This document shows positions 10,739 to 23,120 of a stretch of DNA of 64,000 nucleotides, piece after piece. The stretch lies in assembly GCF_003334315.1 (NCBI RefSeq), contig NZ_QOWR01000024.1; one strand, 5' to 3'. The notes under the pieces are model-generated. The model had not been told where the DNA came from. It did no database searches and worked only from the letters and a program-made list of their open reading frames with translations. This DNA is from Escherichia coli (GTDB taxonomy: Bacteria; Pseudomonadota; Gammaproteobacteria; Enterobacterales; Enterobacteriaceae). Positions within the stretch are counted from its first letter, which is position 1. Each line of letters opens with the position of its first letter. The position numbers were made by a program, and so were the translations under genes.

Positions 10739-11647
10739 ATGGATCAAATACGACTTACTCACCTGCGGCAACTGGAGGCGGAAAGCATCCACATTATTCG
10801 CGAGGTGGCGGCAGAATTCTCAAATCCGGTGATGCTCTACTCTATCGGTAAAGATTCCAGCGTCATGCTGCATCTGGCGCGCAAGGCGTTTTATCCAGGT
10901 ACGCTGCCTTTCCCGTTGCTGCATGTCGATACCGGCTGGAAATTCCGCGAGATGTATGAGTTCCGCGATCGTACGGCGAAAGCCTACGGCTGCGAGCTGC
11001 TGGTGCATAAAAACCCGGAAGGCGTGGCGATGGGGATTAATCCATTCGTGCACGGCAGCGCGAAACATACCGATATTATGAAAACTGAAGGCCTGAAACA
11101 GGCGCTGAACAAATACGGTTTTGATGCCGCCTTCGGTGGTGCGCGCCGTGACGAAGAGAAATCCCGCGCTAAAGAGCGAATCTACTCTTTCCGTGACCGC
11201 TTCCATCGCTGGGATCCGAAAAATCAGCGCCCAGAGCTGTGGCACAACTACAACGGGCAAATTAACAAAGGCGAAAGCATCCGCGTCTTCCCGCTCTCTA
11301 ACTGGACCGAGCAGGATATCTGGCAATACATCTGGCTGGAAAATATCGACATTGTGCCGCTGTATCTCGCTGCGGAACGTCCGGTTCTGGAACGCGACGG
11401 TATGTTGATGATGATTGATGACAACCGTATCGACCTGCAACCGGGCGAAGTGATTAAAAAACGGATGGTGCGTTTCCGTACGCTGGGCTGCTGGCCGCTG
11501 ACCGGTGCGGTGGAGTCAAATGCACAAACACTACCGGAGATCATCGAAGAGATGCTGGTTTCTACCACCAGTGAACGTCAGGGCCGCGTGATTGACCGCG
11601 ACCAGGCGGGGTCTATGGAGCTGAAAAAACGTCAGGGGTATTTTTAA
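10739..11647 (+). CDS. cysD: Sulfate adenylyltransferase subunit 2 CysD (302 aa)
   Basis: PAPS-reductase-like fold motif ([12 protein letters not shown]) and position upstream of cysN and cysC. Confidence 0.95.
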   Translation: MDQIRLTHLRQLEAESIHIIREVAAEFSNPVMLYSIGKDSSVMLHLARKAFYPGTLPFPLLHVDTGWKFREMYEFRDRTAKAYGCELLVHKNPEGVAMGINPFVHGSAKHTDIMKTEGLKQALNKYGFDAAFGGARRDEEKSRAKERIYSFRDRFHRWDPKNQRPELWHNYNGQINKGESIRVFPLSNWTEQDIWQYIWLENIDIVPLYLAAERPVLERDGMLMMIDDNRIDLQPGEVIKKRMVRFRTLGCWPLTGAVESNAQTLPEIIEEMLVSTTSERQGRVIDRDQAGSMELKKRQGYF

Positions 11648-11648
11648 G

Positions 11649-13076
11649 ATGAACACCGCACTTGCACAACAAATCGCCAATGAAGGCGGCGTCGAAGCCT
11701 GGATGATTGCGCAACAACATAAAAGCCTGCTGCGTTTTCTGACCTGTGGTAGCGTCGATGACGGCAAAAGTACCCTGATTGGTCGCCTGCTGCACGATAC
11801 CCGCCAAATCTACGAAGATCAGCTCTCATCGCTGCATAACGACAGTAAACGTCACGGCACCCAGGGCGAAAAGCTGGATCTGGCACTGCTGGTGGACGGC
11901 CTGCAAGCTGAGCGCGAACAGGGCATCACCATTGACGTGGCTTACCGCTATTTCTCTACCGAGAAGCGTAAATTTATTATCGCCGACACCCCAGGGCACG
12001 AGCAGTACACCCGCAATATGGCGACTGGCGCATCGACATGTGAACTGGCGATCTTACTGATCGATGCCCGTAAAGGCGTGCTCGATCAAACCCGTCGTCA
12101 CAGTTTTATCTCCACACTGTTGGGGATCAAACATCTGGTCGTGGCGATCAACAAAATGGATCTGGTGGATTACAGTGAAAAGACGTTCACCCGTATTCGT
12201 GAAGATTATCTGACCTTTGCCGGGCAGCTGCCGGGTAATCTGGATATCCGCTTTGTGCCGCTCTCTGCACTGGAAGGCGACAACGTGGCTTCGCAAAGTG
12301 AAAGTATGGCGTGGTACAGCGGTCCAACACTGCTCGAAGTGCTGGAAACCGTGGAGATCCAGCGAGTGGTGGATGCTCAGCCAATGCGCTTCCCGGTGCA
12401 GTACGTTAATCGCCCGAATCTCGATTTTCGTGGTTACGCCGGAACGCTGGCATCCGGTCGCGTAGAAGTCGGGCAACGAGTCAAAGTGCTGCCCTCTGGT
12501 GTGGAATCAAACGTCGCCCGGATCGTGACTTTTGATGGCGATCGCGAAGAAGCCTTTGCCGGAGAAGCGATCACCCTGGTGCTGACGGATGAGATCGACA
12601 TCAGCCGTGGCGATCTGCTGCTGGCGGCAGACGAAGCGTTACCAGCTGTGCAGAGCGCGTCGGTGGATGTGGTATGGATGGCGGAACAGCCGCTTTCCCC
12701 GGGCCAGAGTTATGACATCAAAATTGCCGGTAAGAAGACGCGTGCTCGTGTTGATGGCATTCGTTATCAGGTTGATATTAATAACCTTACCCAACGCGAA
12801 GTTGAAAACCTGCCGCTGAACGGCATCGGCCTGGTGGATCTCACTTTTGACGAGCCACTGGTGTTAGATCGTTATCAGCAAAACCCGGTTACCGGTGGGC
12901 TGATTTTTATCGATCGCCTGAGCAATGTGACCGTAGGTGCCGGTATGGTGCATGAGCCAGTTAGCCAGGCAACTGCTGCGCCATCTGAATTTAGTGCATT
13001 CGAACTGGAATTGAATGCCCTGGTTCGCCGCCACTTTCCACACTGGGGCGCGCGCGATTTGCTGGGGGATAAATAA
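11649..13076 (+). CDS. cysN: Sulfate adenylyltransferase subunit 1 CysN, GTPase (475 aa)
   Basis: GTPase G1 motif [15 protein letters not shown] and DTPGH motif; starts 2 nt after cysD. Confidence 0.95.
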   Translation: MNTALAQQIANEGGVEAWMIAQQHKSLLRFLTCGSVDDGKSTLIGRLLHDTRQIYEDQLSSLHNDSKRHGTQGEKLDLALLVDGLQAEREQGITIDVAYRYFSTEKRKFIIADTPGHEQYTRNMATGASTCELAILLIDARKGVLDQTRRHSFISTLLGIKHLVVAINKMDLVDYSEKTFTRIREDYLTFAGQLPGNLDIRFVPLSALEGDNVASQSESMAWYSGPTLLEVLETVEIQRVVDAQPMRFPVQYVNRPNLDFRGYAGTLASGRVEVGQRVKVLPSGVESNVARIVTFDGDREEAFAGEAITLVLTDEIDISRGDLLLAADEALPAVQSASVDVVWMAEQPLSPGQSYDIKIAGKKTRARVDGIRYQVDINNLTQREVENLPLNGIGLVDLTFDEPLVLDRYQQNPVTGGLIFIDRLSNVTVGAGMVHEPVSQATAAPSEFSAFELELNALVRRHFPHWGARDLLGDK

Positions 13077-13681
13077 TGGCGCTGCATGACGAAAACGTCG
13101 TCTGGCATAGCCATCCGGTCACTGTGCAACAACGCGAGCTACACCACGGTCATCGTGGTGTAGTGCTGTGGTTTACCGGCCTCTCCGGGTCCGGTAAATC
13201 AACGGTCGCCGGGGCGCTGGAGGAGGCGTTACATAAACTCGGCGTCAGTACGTATCTGCTGGATGGCGATAATGTTCGCCACGGATTATGCAGCGATCTC
13301 GGTTTTAGCGATGCCGATCGTAAAGAGAATATCCGTCGCGTCGGTGAAGTGGCGAATTTGATGGTTGAAGCCGGACTGGTGGTGCTGACCGCATTTATCT
13401 CGCCACACCGCGCCGAACGCCAGATGGTTCGTGAACGCGTAGGAGAAGGGCGCTTTATCGAAGTGTTTGTCGATACGCCGCTGGCGATTTGCGAAGCCCG
13501 CGATCCAAAAGGCTTATATAAGAAAGCGCGTGCCGGTGAACTGCGCTACTTTACGGGAATAGATTCCGTTTACGAAGCGCCTGAATCGGCAGAAATTCAT
13601 CTCAATGGTGAACAATTAGTAACAAATTTGGTACAGCAATTATTAGATCTGTTGAGACAGAACGATATTATCAGATCCTGA
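13076..13681 (+). CDS. cysC: Adenylylsulfate (APS) kinase CysC (201 aa)
   Basis: P-loop GLSGSGKST; start overlaps the cysN stop by 1 nt. Confidence 0.95.
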   Translation: MALHDENVVWHSHPVTVQQRELHHGHRGVVLWFTGLSGSGKSTVAGALEEALHKLGVSTYLLDGDNVRHGLCSDLGFSDADRKENIRRVGEVANLMVEAGLVVLTAFISPHRAERQMVRERVGEGRFIEVFVDTPLAICEARDPKGLYKKARAGELRYFTGIDSVYEAPESAEIHLNGEQLVTNLVQQLLDLLRQNDIIRS

Positions 13682-13730
13682 GACACCACCGGGTTTCCAT
13701 GCCCGGTTCGTCAAAGTAACAGGATCAAAT

Positions 13731-14054
13731 ATGCGTAATAGCCATAACATTACACTAACAAATAACGACAGCCTTACTGAGGATGAAGAAACCACATGGT
13801 CACTGCCTGGTGCCGTGGTCGGTTTTATCTCCTGGTTATTTGCGCTGGCGATGCCGATGTTGATTTATGGCTCTAACACGCTGTTCTTCTTTATCTACAC
13901 CTGGCCTTTCTTTCTTGCGCTGATGCCCGTCGCGGTAGTGGTGGGGATTGCGCTGCATTCATTGATGGACGGAAAGCTACGCTACAGTATTGTTTTCACC
14001 CTGGTGACAGTAGGCATTATGTTTGGCGCACTGTTTATGTGGCTACTGGGCTAA
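13731..14054 (+). CDS. ygbE: Small inner-membrane protein YgbE (DUF3561, 107 aa)
   Basis: Hydrophobic 107-aa ORF between cysC and ftsB, as in E. coli. Confidence 0.8.
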   Translation: MRNSHNITLTNNDSLTEDEETTWSLPGAVVGFISWLFALAMPMLIYGSNTLFFFIYTWPFFLALMPVAVVVGIALHSLMDGKLRYSIVFTLVTVGIMFGALFMWLLG

Positions 14055-14247
14055 TTTGTACTTTCCCGTCTCCTCTGTTCATAATTCAAACCGTAACTAA
14101 TAATGAGATTATGTTCTGCACGCCCTGGGTATACGTAACAATGGACAAATGTGGTACATTTGCCCGCGTTGTCGCGGTATCCCCAACAGAGGATGTAGAG
14201 TCGTCTTCGGATGCATGGGATGATGATGCCGTTTTTCAGGGGGCAGG

Positions 14248-14559
14248 ATGGGTAAACTAACGCTGCTGTTGCTGGCTATTCTGGTCTGGCTACAGTATTC
14301 GCTGTGGTTCGGTAAGAACGGTATACATGACTATACCCGCGTCAATGATGATGTGGCGGCACAGCAAGCTACAAACGCGAAACTTAAAGCGCGAAACGAT
14401 CAACTTTTTGCCGAAATTGACGATCTCAATGGCGGCCAGGAGGCGCTCGAAGAGCGTGCGCGTAATGAACTCAGCATGACCAGGCCGGGCGAAACTTTTT
14501 ATCGTCTGGTGCCTGACGCGTCGAAGCGCGCACAGTCTGCGGGGCAAAACAATCGATAA
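14248..14559 (+). CDS. ftsB: Cell division protein FtsB (103 aa)
   Basis: N-terminal transmembrane segment followed by a coiled-coil; upstream of ispD. Confidence 0.9.
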
Positions 14560-14577
14560 ATCAGCCCGGGAATTAAC

Positions 14578-15288
14578 ATGGCAACCACTCATTTGGATGT
14601 TTGCGCCGTGGTTCCGGCGGCCGGATTTGGCCGTCGAATGCAAACGGAATGTCCTAAGCAATATCTCTCAATCGGTAATCAAACCATTCTTGAACACTCG
14701 GTGCATGCGCTGCTGGCGCATCCCCGGGTGAAACGAGTCGTCATTGCCATAAGTCCTGGCGATAGCCGTTTTGCACAACTTCCTCTGGCGAATCATCCGC
14801 AAATCACCGTTGTAGATGGCGGTGATGAGCGTGCCGATTCCGTGCTGGCAGGTCTGAAAGCCGCTGGCGACGCGCAGTGGGTATTGGTGCATGACGCCGC
14901 TCGTCCTTGTTTGCATCAGGATGACCTCGCGCGATTGTTGGCGTTGAGCGAAACCAGCCGCACGGGGGGGATCCTCGCCGCACCAGTGCGCGATACTATG
15001 AAACGTGCCGAACCGGGCAAAAATGCCATTGCTCATACCGTTGATCGCAACGGCTTATGGCACGCGCTGACGCCGCAATTTTTCCCTCGTGAGCTGTTAC
15101 ATGACTGTCTGACGCGCGCTCTAAATGAAGGCGCGACTATTACCGACGAAGCCTCGGCGCTGGAATATTGCGGATTCCATCCTCAGTTGGTCGAAGGCCG
15201 TGCGGATAACATTAAAGTCACGCGCCCGGAAGATTTGGCACTGGCCGAGTTTTACCTCACCCGAACCATCCATCAGGAGAATACATAA
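14578..15288 (+). CDS. ispD: 2-C-methyl-D-erythritol 4-phosphate cytidylyltransferase IspD (236 aa)
   Basis: Conserved N-terminus ([11 protein letters not shown]) and operon position. Confidence 0.93.
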
Positions 15289-15767
15289 TGCGAATTGGAC
15301 ACGGTTTTGACGTACATGCCTTTGGCGGTGAAGGCCCAATTATCATTGGTGGCGTACGCATTCCTTACGAAAAAGGATTGCTGGCGCATTCTGATGGCGA
15401 CGTGGCGCTCCATGCGTTGACCGATGCATTGCTTGGCGCGGCGGCGCTGGGGGATATCGGCAAGCTGTTCCCGGATACCGATCCGGCATTTAAAGGTGCC
15501 GATAGCCGCGAGCTGCTACGCGAAGCCTGGCGTCGTATTCAGGCGAAGGGTTATACCCTTGGCAACGTCGATGTCACTATCATCGCTCAGGCACCGAAGA
15601 TGTTGCCGCACATTCCACAAATGCGCGTGTTTATTGCCGAAGATCTCGGCTGCCATATGGATGATGTTAACGTGAAAGCCACTACTACGGAAAAACTGGG
15701 ATTTACCGGACGTGGGGAAGGGATTGCCTGTGAAGCGGTGGCGCTACTCATTAAGGCAACAAAATGA
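15288..15767 (+). CDS. ispF: 2-C-methyl-D-erythritol 2,4-cyclodiphosphate synthase IspF (159 aa)
   Basis: [14 protein letters not shown] signature; overlaps the ispD stop by 1 nt. Confidence 0.95.
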
Positions 15768-16793
15768 TTGAGTTTGATAATCTCACTTACCTCCACGGTA
15801 AACCGCAAGGCACCGGGCTGCTGAAAGCCAATCCGGAAGACTTTGTGGTGGTGGAAGATTTGGGCTTTGAGCCTGATGGTGAAGGTGAGCATATTCTGGT
15901 TAGAATCCTCAAAAACGGCTGCAATACCCGTTTTGTGGCGGATGCACTGGCGAAATTCCTGAAAATTCATGCCCGTGAAGTCAGCTTCGCTGGGCAAAAA
16001 GACAAACATGCTGTTACGGAACAGTGGTTATGCGCTCGCGTGCCGGGCAAGGAAATGCCCGATCTGAGCGCCTTTCAACTGGAAGGCTGCCAGGTGCTGG
16101 AGTATGCGCGGCACAAGCGCAAGCTGCGTTTAGGCGCGCTGAAAGGTAACGCCTTTACCCTGGTTCTGCGCGAAGTGAGCAATCGCGATGACGTTGAACA
16201 ACGTCTGATCGATATTTGCGTAAAAGGTGTACCGAACTACTTCGGTGCCCAACGTTTTGGGATTGGCGGTAGCAACTTGCAGGGGGCGCAGCGCTGGGCG
16301 CAAACCAATACTCCGGTGCGCGATCGCAATAAACGGAGTTTTTGGTTGTCGGCAGCCCGCAGTGCGTTGTTTAATCAGATTGTTGCTGAGCGCCTCAAAA
16401 AAGCAGACGTTAATCAAGTTGTTGACGGCGATGCGCTACAATTAGCCGGACGTGGTAGCTGGTTTGTAGCAACCACCGAAGAACTGGCGGAATTACAGCG
16501 TCGCGTCAACGATAAAGAGTTGATGATAACCGCCGCATTGCCAGGCAGTGGCGAATGGGGAACTCAGCGTGAAGCGCTGGCATTCGAACAAGCAGCTGTC
16601 GCCGCAGAAACTGAATTACAAGCTTTACTGGTGCGCGAAAAAGTTGAAGCCGCGCGCAGAGCGATGCTGCTGTATCCGCAACAATTAAGCTGGAATTGGT
16701 GGGATGACGTCACCGTAGAGATCCGTTTCTGGCTTCCGGCGGGTAGTTTTGCAACCAGCGTTGTCAGGGAACTTATCAACACAACAGGTGATT

Positions 16794-16813
<20 letters not shown>
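15764..16813 (+). CDS. truD: tRNA pseudouridine-13 synthase TruD (349 aa)
   Basis: Full-length ORF in the conserved position; 4-nt overlap with ispF. Confidence 0.92.
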
Positions 16814-18175
<1,362 letters not shown>

Positions 18176-18313
18176 AACGTGAGGAAATACCTGGATTTTT
18201 CCTGGTTATTTTGCCGCAGGTCAGCGTATCGTGAACATCTTTTCCAGTGTTCAGTAGGGTGCCTTGCACGGTAATTATGTCACTGGTTATTAACCAATTT
18301 TCCTGGGGGATAA

Positions 18314-19453
18314 ATGAGCGCGGGAAGCCCAAAATTCACCGTTCGCCGCATTGCGGCTTTGTCACTGGTTTCGCTATGGCTGGCAGGCTGTTCTGACACT
18401 TCAAATCCACCGGCACCGGTCAGCTCCGTTAATGGCAATGCGCCTGCAAATACCAATTCTGGTATGTTGATTACGCCGCCGCCGAAAATGGGGACGACGT
18501 CTACAGCCCAGCAACCGCAAATTCAGCCGGTACAGCAGCCACAAATTCAGGCTACTCAACAACCGCAAATCCAGCCAGTGCAGCCAGTAGCTCAGCAGCC
18601 GGTACAGATGGAAAACGGACGCATCGTCTATAACCGTCAGTATGGGAACATTCCGAAAGGCAGTTATAGCGGCAGTACCTATACCGTGAAAAAAGGCGAC
18701 ACACTTTTCTATATCGCCTGGATTACTGGTAACGATTTCCGTGACCTTGCTCAGCGCAACAATATTCAGGCACCATACGCGCTGAACGTTGGTCAGACCT
18801 TGCAGGTGGGTAATGCTTCCGGTACGCCAATCACTGGCGGAAATGCCATTACCCAGGCCGACGCAGCAGAGCAAGGAGTTGTGATCAAGCCTGCACAAAA
18901 TTCCACCGTTGCTGTTGCGTCGCAACCGACAATTACGTATTCTGAATCTTCGGGTGAACAGAGTGCTAACAAAATGTTGCCGAACAACAAGCCAGCTGCG
19001 ACCACGGTCACAGCGCCTGTAACGGTACCAACAGCAAGCACAACCGAGCCAACTGTCAGCAGTACATCAACCAGTACGCCTATCTCCACCTGGCGCTGGC
19101 CGACTGAGGGCAAAGTGATCGAAACCTTTGGCGCTTCTGAGGGGGGCAACAAGGGGATTGATATCGCAGGCAGCAAAGGACAGGCAATTATCGCGACCGC
19201 AGATGGCCGCGTTGTTTATGCTGGTAACGCGCTGCGCGGCTACGGTAATCTGATTATCATCAAACATAATGATGATTACCTGAGTGCCTACGCCCATAAC
19301 GACACAATGCTGGTCCGGGAACAACAAGAAGTGAAGGCGGGGCAAAAAATAGCAACCATGGGTAGCACCGGAACCAGTTCAACACGCTTGCATTTTGAAA
19401 TTCGTTACAAGGGGAAATCCGTAAACCCGCTGCGTTATTTGCCGCAGCGATAA
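18314..19453 (+). CDS. nlpD: Lipoprotein NlpD, LysM/M23-peptidase-family divisome amidase activator (379 aa)
   Basis: Lipobox (LAGCS), Q/P-rich repeats, LysM segment and C-terminal M23-like domain; contains the rpoS promoter region in E. coli. Confidence 0.93.
   Translation: MSAGSPKFTVRRIAALSLVSLWLAGCSDTSNPPAPVSSVNGNAPANTNSGMLITPPPKMGTTSTAQQPQIQPVQQPQIQATQQPQIQPVQPVAQQPVQMENGRIVYNRQYGNIPKGSYSGSTYTVKKGDTLFYIAWITGNDFRDLAQRNNIQAPYALNVGQTLQVGNASGTPITGGNAITQADAAEQGVVIKPAQNSTVAVASQPTITYSESSGEQSANKMLPNNKPAATTVTAPVTVPTASTTEPTVSSTSTSTPISTWRWPTEGKVIETFGASEGGNKGIDIAGSKGQAIIATADGRVVYAGNALRGYGNLIIIKHNDDYLSAYAHNDTMLVREQQEVKAGQKIATMGSTGTSSTRLHFEIRYKGKSVNPLRYLPQR
18509..18575 (+). repeat. In-frame tandem repeat inside nlpD encoding (QQPQIQ) x3
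   Basis: Three near-identical units of about 21-24 bp (cagcaaccgcaaattcagccggta / cagcagccacaaattcaggct / caacaaccgcaaatccagcca). Confidence 0.7.
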
Positions 19454-19515
19454 ATCGGCGGAACCAGGCTTTTGCTTGAATGTTCCGTCAAGGGATCACG
19501 GGTAGGAGCCACCTT

Positions 19516-20154
19516 ATGAGTCAGAATACGCTGAAAGTTCATGATTTAAATGAAGATGCGGAATTTGATGAGAACGGAGTTGAGGTTTTTGACGAAAAGG
19601 CCTTAGTAGAAGAGGAACCCAGTGATAACGATTTGGCCGAAGAGGAACTGTTATCGCAGGGAGCCACACAGCGTGTGTTGGACGCGACTCAGCTTTACCT
19701 TGGTGAGATTGGTTATTCACCACTGTTAACGGCCGAAGAAGAAGTTTATTTTGCGCGTCGCGCACTGCGTGGAGATGTCGCCTCTCGCCGCCGGATGATC
19801 GAGAGTAACTTGCGTCTGGTGGTAAAAATTGCCCGCCGTTATGGCAATCGTGGTCTGGCGTTGCTGGACATCCTGGCCGATGAAAAAGAGAACGGTCCGG
19901 AAGATACCACGCAAGATGACGATATGAAGCAGAGCATCGTCAAATGGCTGTTCGAGCTGAACGCCAAACAGCGTGAAGTGCTGGCACGTCGATTCGGTTT
20001 GCTGGGGTACGAAGCGGCAACACTGGAAGATGTAGGTCGTGAAATTGGCCTCACCCGTGAACGTGTTCGCCAGATTCAGGTTGAAGGCCTGCGCCGTTTG
20101 CGCGAAATCCTGCAAACGCAGGGGCTGAATATCGAAGCGCTGTTCCGCGAGTAA
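19516..20154 (+). CDS. rpoS: RpoS (sigma-S/sigma-38) allele with an in-frame internal deletion: 212 aa instead of about 330
   Basis: N-terminal ([14 protein letters not shown]...[12 protein letters not shown]) and C-terminal ([13 protein letters not shown]...[10 protein letters not shown]) parts match RpoS, but the central part (regions 2.2-3) is absent; junction at the direct-repeat sequence GCGTTGCTGGAC (19858-19869). Confidence 0.85.
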   Translation: MSQNTLKVHDLNEDAEFDENGVEVFDEKALVEEEPSDNDLAEEELLSQGATQRVLDATQLYLGEIGYSPLLTAEEEVYFARRALRGDVASRRRMIESNLRLVVKIARRYGNRGLALLDILADEKENGPEDTTQDDDMKQSIVKWLFELNAKQREVLARRFGLLGYEAATLEDVGREIGLTRERVRQIQVEGLRRLREILQTQGLNIEALFRE

Positions 20155-20171
20155 GTAAGCATCTGTCAGAA

Positions 20172-20200
20172 AGGCCAGTCTCAAGCGAGGCTGGCCTTTT
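20172..20200 (+). terminator. Rho-independent terminator downstream of rpoS
   Basis: GC-rich imperfect hairpin (ggccagtctc...gaggctggcc) followed by TTTT. Confidence 0.7.
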
Positions 20201-20211
20201 CTGTGCACAAT

Positions 20212-20243
20212 AAAAGGTCCGATGCCCATCGGACCTTTTTATT
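20212..20243. terminator. Bidirectional intrinsic terminator between rpoS and ygbN
   Basis: Perfect hairpin ggtccgatg-ccc-catcggacc flanked by an A-run and a T-run. Confidence 0.7.
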
Positions 20244-20247
20244 AAGG

Positions 20248-21612
20248 TCAAATTACCGCCCATACGCACCAGGTAATTAAGAATCCGGTAAAACCGAGAA
20301 TGGTCGTTAACACTGTCCAGGTTTTCAGACCGTCTGCTACCGACAACCCCAGATATTTGGTCACAATCCAGAACCCTGAGTCATTAATATGTGACGCACC
20401 AAGCCCACCAAAGCAGGCTGCCAGCGTCACCAATACGCACTGAATCGGATTCAATCCCATCACCGCTTCTGAGAGTAACCCGCCGGTTGTCAGTATTGCT
20501 ACGGTTGCTGACCCCTGCGATGCACGCAGCGCCAGTGAAATAATAAATGCGGCTGGTAACAGAGGCAGGTCAATCATTTGTAGCATGTTGGCAAGGGCTT
20601 TGCCGACGCCCGATTCCACCAGCACTTTGCCAAATACCCCTCCAGCACCAGTAACCAAAATCACTACCGCCGCAGTGGGAAGGGCTGAGCCCATAATGTC
20701 GCTGGTGTGTTGTAAGCTCCAGCCGCGACGTAAAGCCAATAACCAGAATGCCAGCACCAGCGCAATCATTAGAGCTACCATTGGTGAGCCGATCAGCTGT
20801 AGCGTACCAAGCAGGGGATGCGAAGGCGGCATCAGTGTTGCGGAAACCGTACCCGCCATGATAATCGCGATAGGAATAACAATTAGCGAGGTGACCAGCG
20901 CGACGCCCGGTGGATTTATTTTATCGCTTAATTTTGTCGCGCCTTCCTCACTGGCCGGAGCCAGTTGCATCTGTTCCAGTACTTCCACCGACATCGCATA
21001 TTGGTGCTTATTGATTATTTTCGCTGCAAAGTAGCCAACAATCCCTACGGGAATAGAAATCGCAATACCGATGATGGTTAGCCAGCCGATGTCTGCGTGG
21101 AGTAACCCCGCTGCGGCGACAGGGCCTGGATGCGGCGGTACCGCCACATGTACAGTTAGCATGATCCCAGCGACAGGCAGGCCAAATTTGAGTGGCGATA
21201 TTTTGGCAACCTTGGCAAAACCGTAAATGATTGGCGCAAGAATAATAAAGCCGACATCAAAGAAGACGGGAATACCGAGGAAGAACGCTGCCAGAGTCAG
21301 CGCAGCGATAGTTCGTTTGTCACCTAACTTGCGACTGAAATAATTAGCCAGTGACTCTGCACCACCAGAGTGTTCGATCATACGCCCCAGCATAGCGCCC
21401 AGACCAATAATAATAGTGACGGAACCAAGCACACCGCCCATCCCGGCGATCATCACTTTACCCACTTCGCCCGCCGGTATACCCGCCGCAAGTGCGACTA
21501 ACAGGCTGACGAGGAGCAGAGCAACGAATGGTTGTACCTTTGCCTTGATGACCAGCAGCAACAGCATGATTACGCCAGCTAACGCAATGCATAACAATGT
21601 AATTGTGGACAT
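20248..21612 (-). CDS. ygbN: GntP-family acid-sugar permease YgbN (454 aa)
   Basis: Polytopic membrane protein with gluconate-permease-like sequence; last gene of the ygbJKLMN cluster. Confidence 0.9.
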   Translation of the reverse strand: MSTITLLCIALAGVIMLLLLVIKAKVQPFVALLLVSLLVALAAGIPAGEVGKVMIAGMGGVLGSVTIIIGLGAMLGRMIEHSGGAESLANYFSRKLGDKRTIAALTLAAFFLGIPVFFDVGFIILAPIIYGFAKVAKISPLKFGLPVAGIMLTVHVAVPPHPGPVAAAGLLHADIGWLTIIGIAISIPVGIVGYFAAKIINKHQYAMSVEVLEQMQLAPASEEGATKLSDKINPPGVALVTSLIVIPIAIIMAGTVSATLMPPSHPLLGTLQLIGSPMVALMIALVLAFWLLALRRGWSLQHTSDIMGSALPTAAVVILVTGAGGVFGKVLVESGVGKALANMLQMIDLPLLPAAFIISLALRASQGSATVAILTTGGLLSEAVMGLNPIQCVLVTLAACFGGLGASHINDSGFWIVTKYLGLSVADGLKTWTVLTTILGFTGFLITWCVWAVI

Positions 21613-21700
21613 GGGAAACCCTGTCTGAAAGTTATAGTTAACCTACCCCATCCGTAGATGGGGGGATGTATGGGTACGTTGTAATTAGGGATTTAACGAA

Positions 21701-22477
21701 TTAGCGCCAGGCGTCAAACCAGCCAAGCCCTTCTTCGGTGAGGCCACGAGGTTTATATTCACAACCGATCCAGCCCTGATATCCCACCTCATCGAACAGG
21801 CGGAACAGCCACGGATAGTTGATTTCTCCATCGTCCGGTTCATGTCGATCAGGTAGTCCGGCAATTTGTACGTGCGCATATTTCCCGGCGTAGTCGCGGA
21901 TTAAATGCGTCAGGTTGCCATCTACTTTTTGCGCATGAAAAGTATCTAGTTGAATAAACACGTTATCTCGCGCAACCTCTTCAACAATAGCCAGTGCCTG
22001 ATACTGGCTGGAGAAGAGATAATGAGGCTTAACGTCGGGGCTGAGTGCTTCAACTAATATTCGCTTGCCGTGTAGCGCAAAGCGGTCGGCAGCGTAGCGG
22101 AGATTATCGATAAATACTGCCCGGTACCGTTCAGCGTCTTCGCCAGCGGGCACGACGCCTGCCATCACATGGACTTGTTCACAATTGAGCGCCAATGCAT
22201 ATTCCAGTGCCAGGTCGATGTCTGCGTGTGCTTCGTGCTCACGTCCGGGAAGGGCGGATAATCCCCATTCCCCCGCATTAATATCTCCGGGAGCGGTATT
22301 GAACAGCGCCAGTGTCAGATGGTTTTGCTCCAGTTGCTTTTGGATTTGCAGGGTGGAGTAGTCATAGGGAAACAGAAATTCCACAGCATCGAACCCGGCT
22401 TTTCGCGCTGCGGCGAAGCGTTCAATAAAAGGCACTTCGGTGAACATCATGGATAAATTAGCTGCAAAACGAGGCAT
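21701..22477 (-). CDS. ygbM: Xylose-isomerase-like TIM-barrel protein YgbM (2-oxo-tetronate isomerase, OtnI) (258 aa)
   Basis: Hydroxypyruvate-isomerase-like sequence; conserved cluster position. Confidence 0.85.
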   Translation of the reverse strand: MPRFAANLSMMFTEVPFIERFAAARKAGFDAVEFLFPYDYSTLQIQKQLEQNHLTLALFNTAPGDINAGEWGLSALPGREHEAHADIDLALEYALALNCEQVHVMAGVVPAGEDAERYRAVFIDNLRYAADRFALHGKRILVEALSPDVKPHYLFSSQYQALAIVEEVARDNVFIQLDTFHAQKVDGNLTHLIRDYAGKYAHVQIAGLPDRHEPDDGEINYPWLFRLFDEVGYQGWIGCEYKPRGLTEEGLGWFDAWR

Positions 22478-22481
22478 TGCA

Positions 22482-23120
22482 TTAACTCCTTAATTCCGCA
22501 ATTTCACCTGCGGTCAGATAACGGATCGGGCGGTCACCGAGAATAAAAATCAGCTTTGCCGTTTCCTCCAGCTCTTCCATATTGTTGGCGGCTTCTTGCA
22601 GGCTTTCACCGCAAACCACTGGGCCATGATTTGCCAGTAAAAAAGCCTGATTGTCTGCTGCCAGTTCCGCCAGATCCTGTGCGATGCGTTTATCGCCCGG
22701 TCGGTAATAAGGCACCAGCGGGACATTTCCCATCCGCATCACCACGTATGGTGTGAACGGACGAATAACGTTGCTGCTGTCCAGCCCTTGCAGGCAGGAA
22801 AGCGCCGTCGACCATGTGCTGTGCAAATGCACCACCGCTTTACAACGCGGATTGTTGCGATACAGCGCCAGATGAAAGAGCACCTCTTTCGAGGGTTTGT
22901 CACCACTTAACCATTCGCCATCCGCGGCGACTTTGGAAAGCCGCTGCGGATCGAGATTGCCCAGGCATGAACCTGTCGGTGTCGCCAGTAAATTCCCGTC
23001 AGGTAAAAGCAGCGACAGATTGCCAGCCGAACCGGTTGCATAGCCGCGCTGAAAGAATGAACTGGCAATCCGCGTCATCTCCTCTCGCAAAGACTGCTCT
23101 ACTTTTGCGAAATCGCTCAT
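22482..23120 (-). CDS. ygbL: Class II aldolase/adducin-family protein YgbL (3-oxo-tetronate 4-phosphate decarboxylase, OtnC) (212 aa)
   Basis: Class II aldolase-like motifs (HLHS, ANHG); cluster position. Confidence 0.85.
   Translation of the reverse strand: MSDFAKVEQSLREEMTRIASSFFQRGYATGSAGNLSLLLPDGNLLATPTGSCLGNLDPQRLSKVAADGEWLSGDKPSKEVLFHLALYRNNPRCKAVVHLHSTWSTALSCLQGLDSSNVIRPFTPYVVMRMGNVPLVPYYRPGDKRIAQDLAELAADNQAFLLANHGPVVCGESLQEAANNMEELEETAKLIFILGDRPIRYLTAGEIAELRS

Noticed and set aside
14039-14260. 73-aa ORF between ygbE and ftsB
   Set aside because: It overlaps the ygbE 3' end and the ftsB start in a different frame and has no recognisable features; probably the ftsB promoter/5' UTR region.
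19516-20154. Possibility that the short rpoS reflects a premature stop (for example the K-12-type amber at codon 33) rather than a deletion
   Set aside because: Codon 33 is GAG (Glu) and the frame is open from start to the normal C-terminus; the shortening is due to missing internal sequence, not a nonsense codon.
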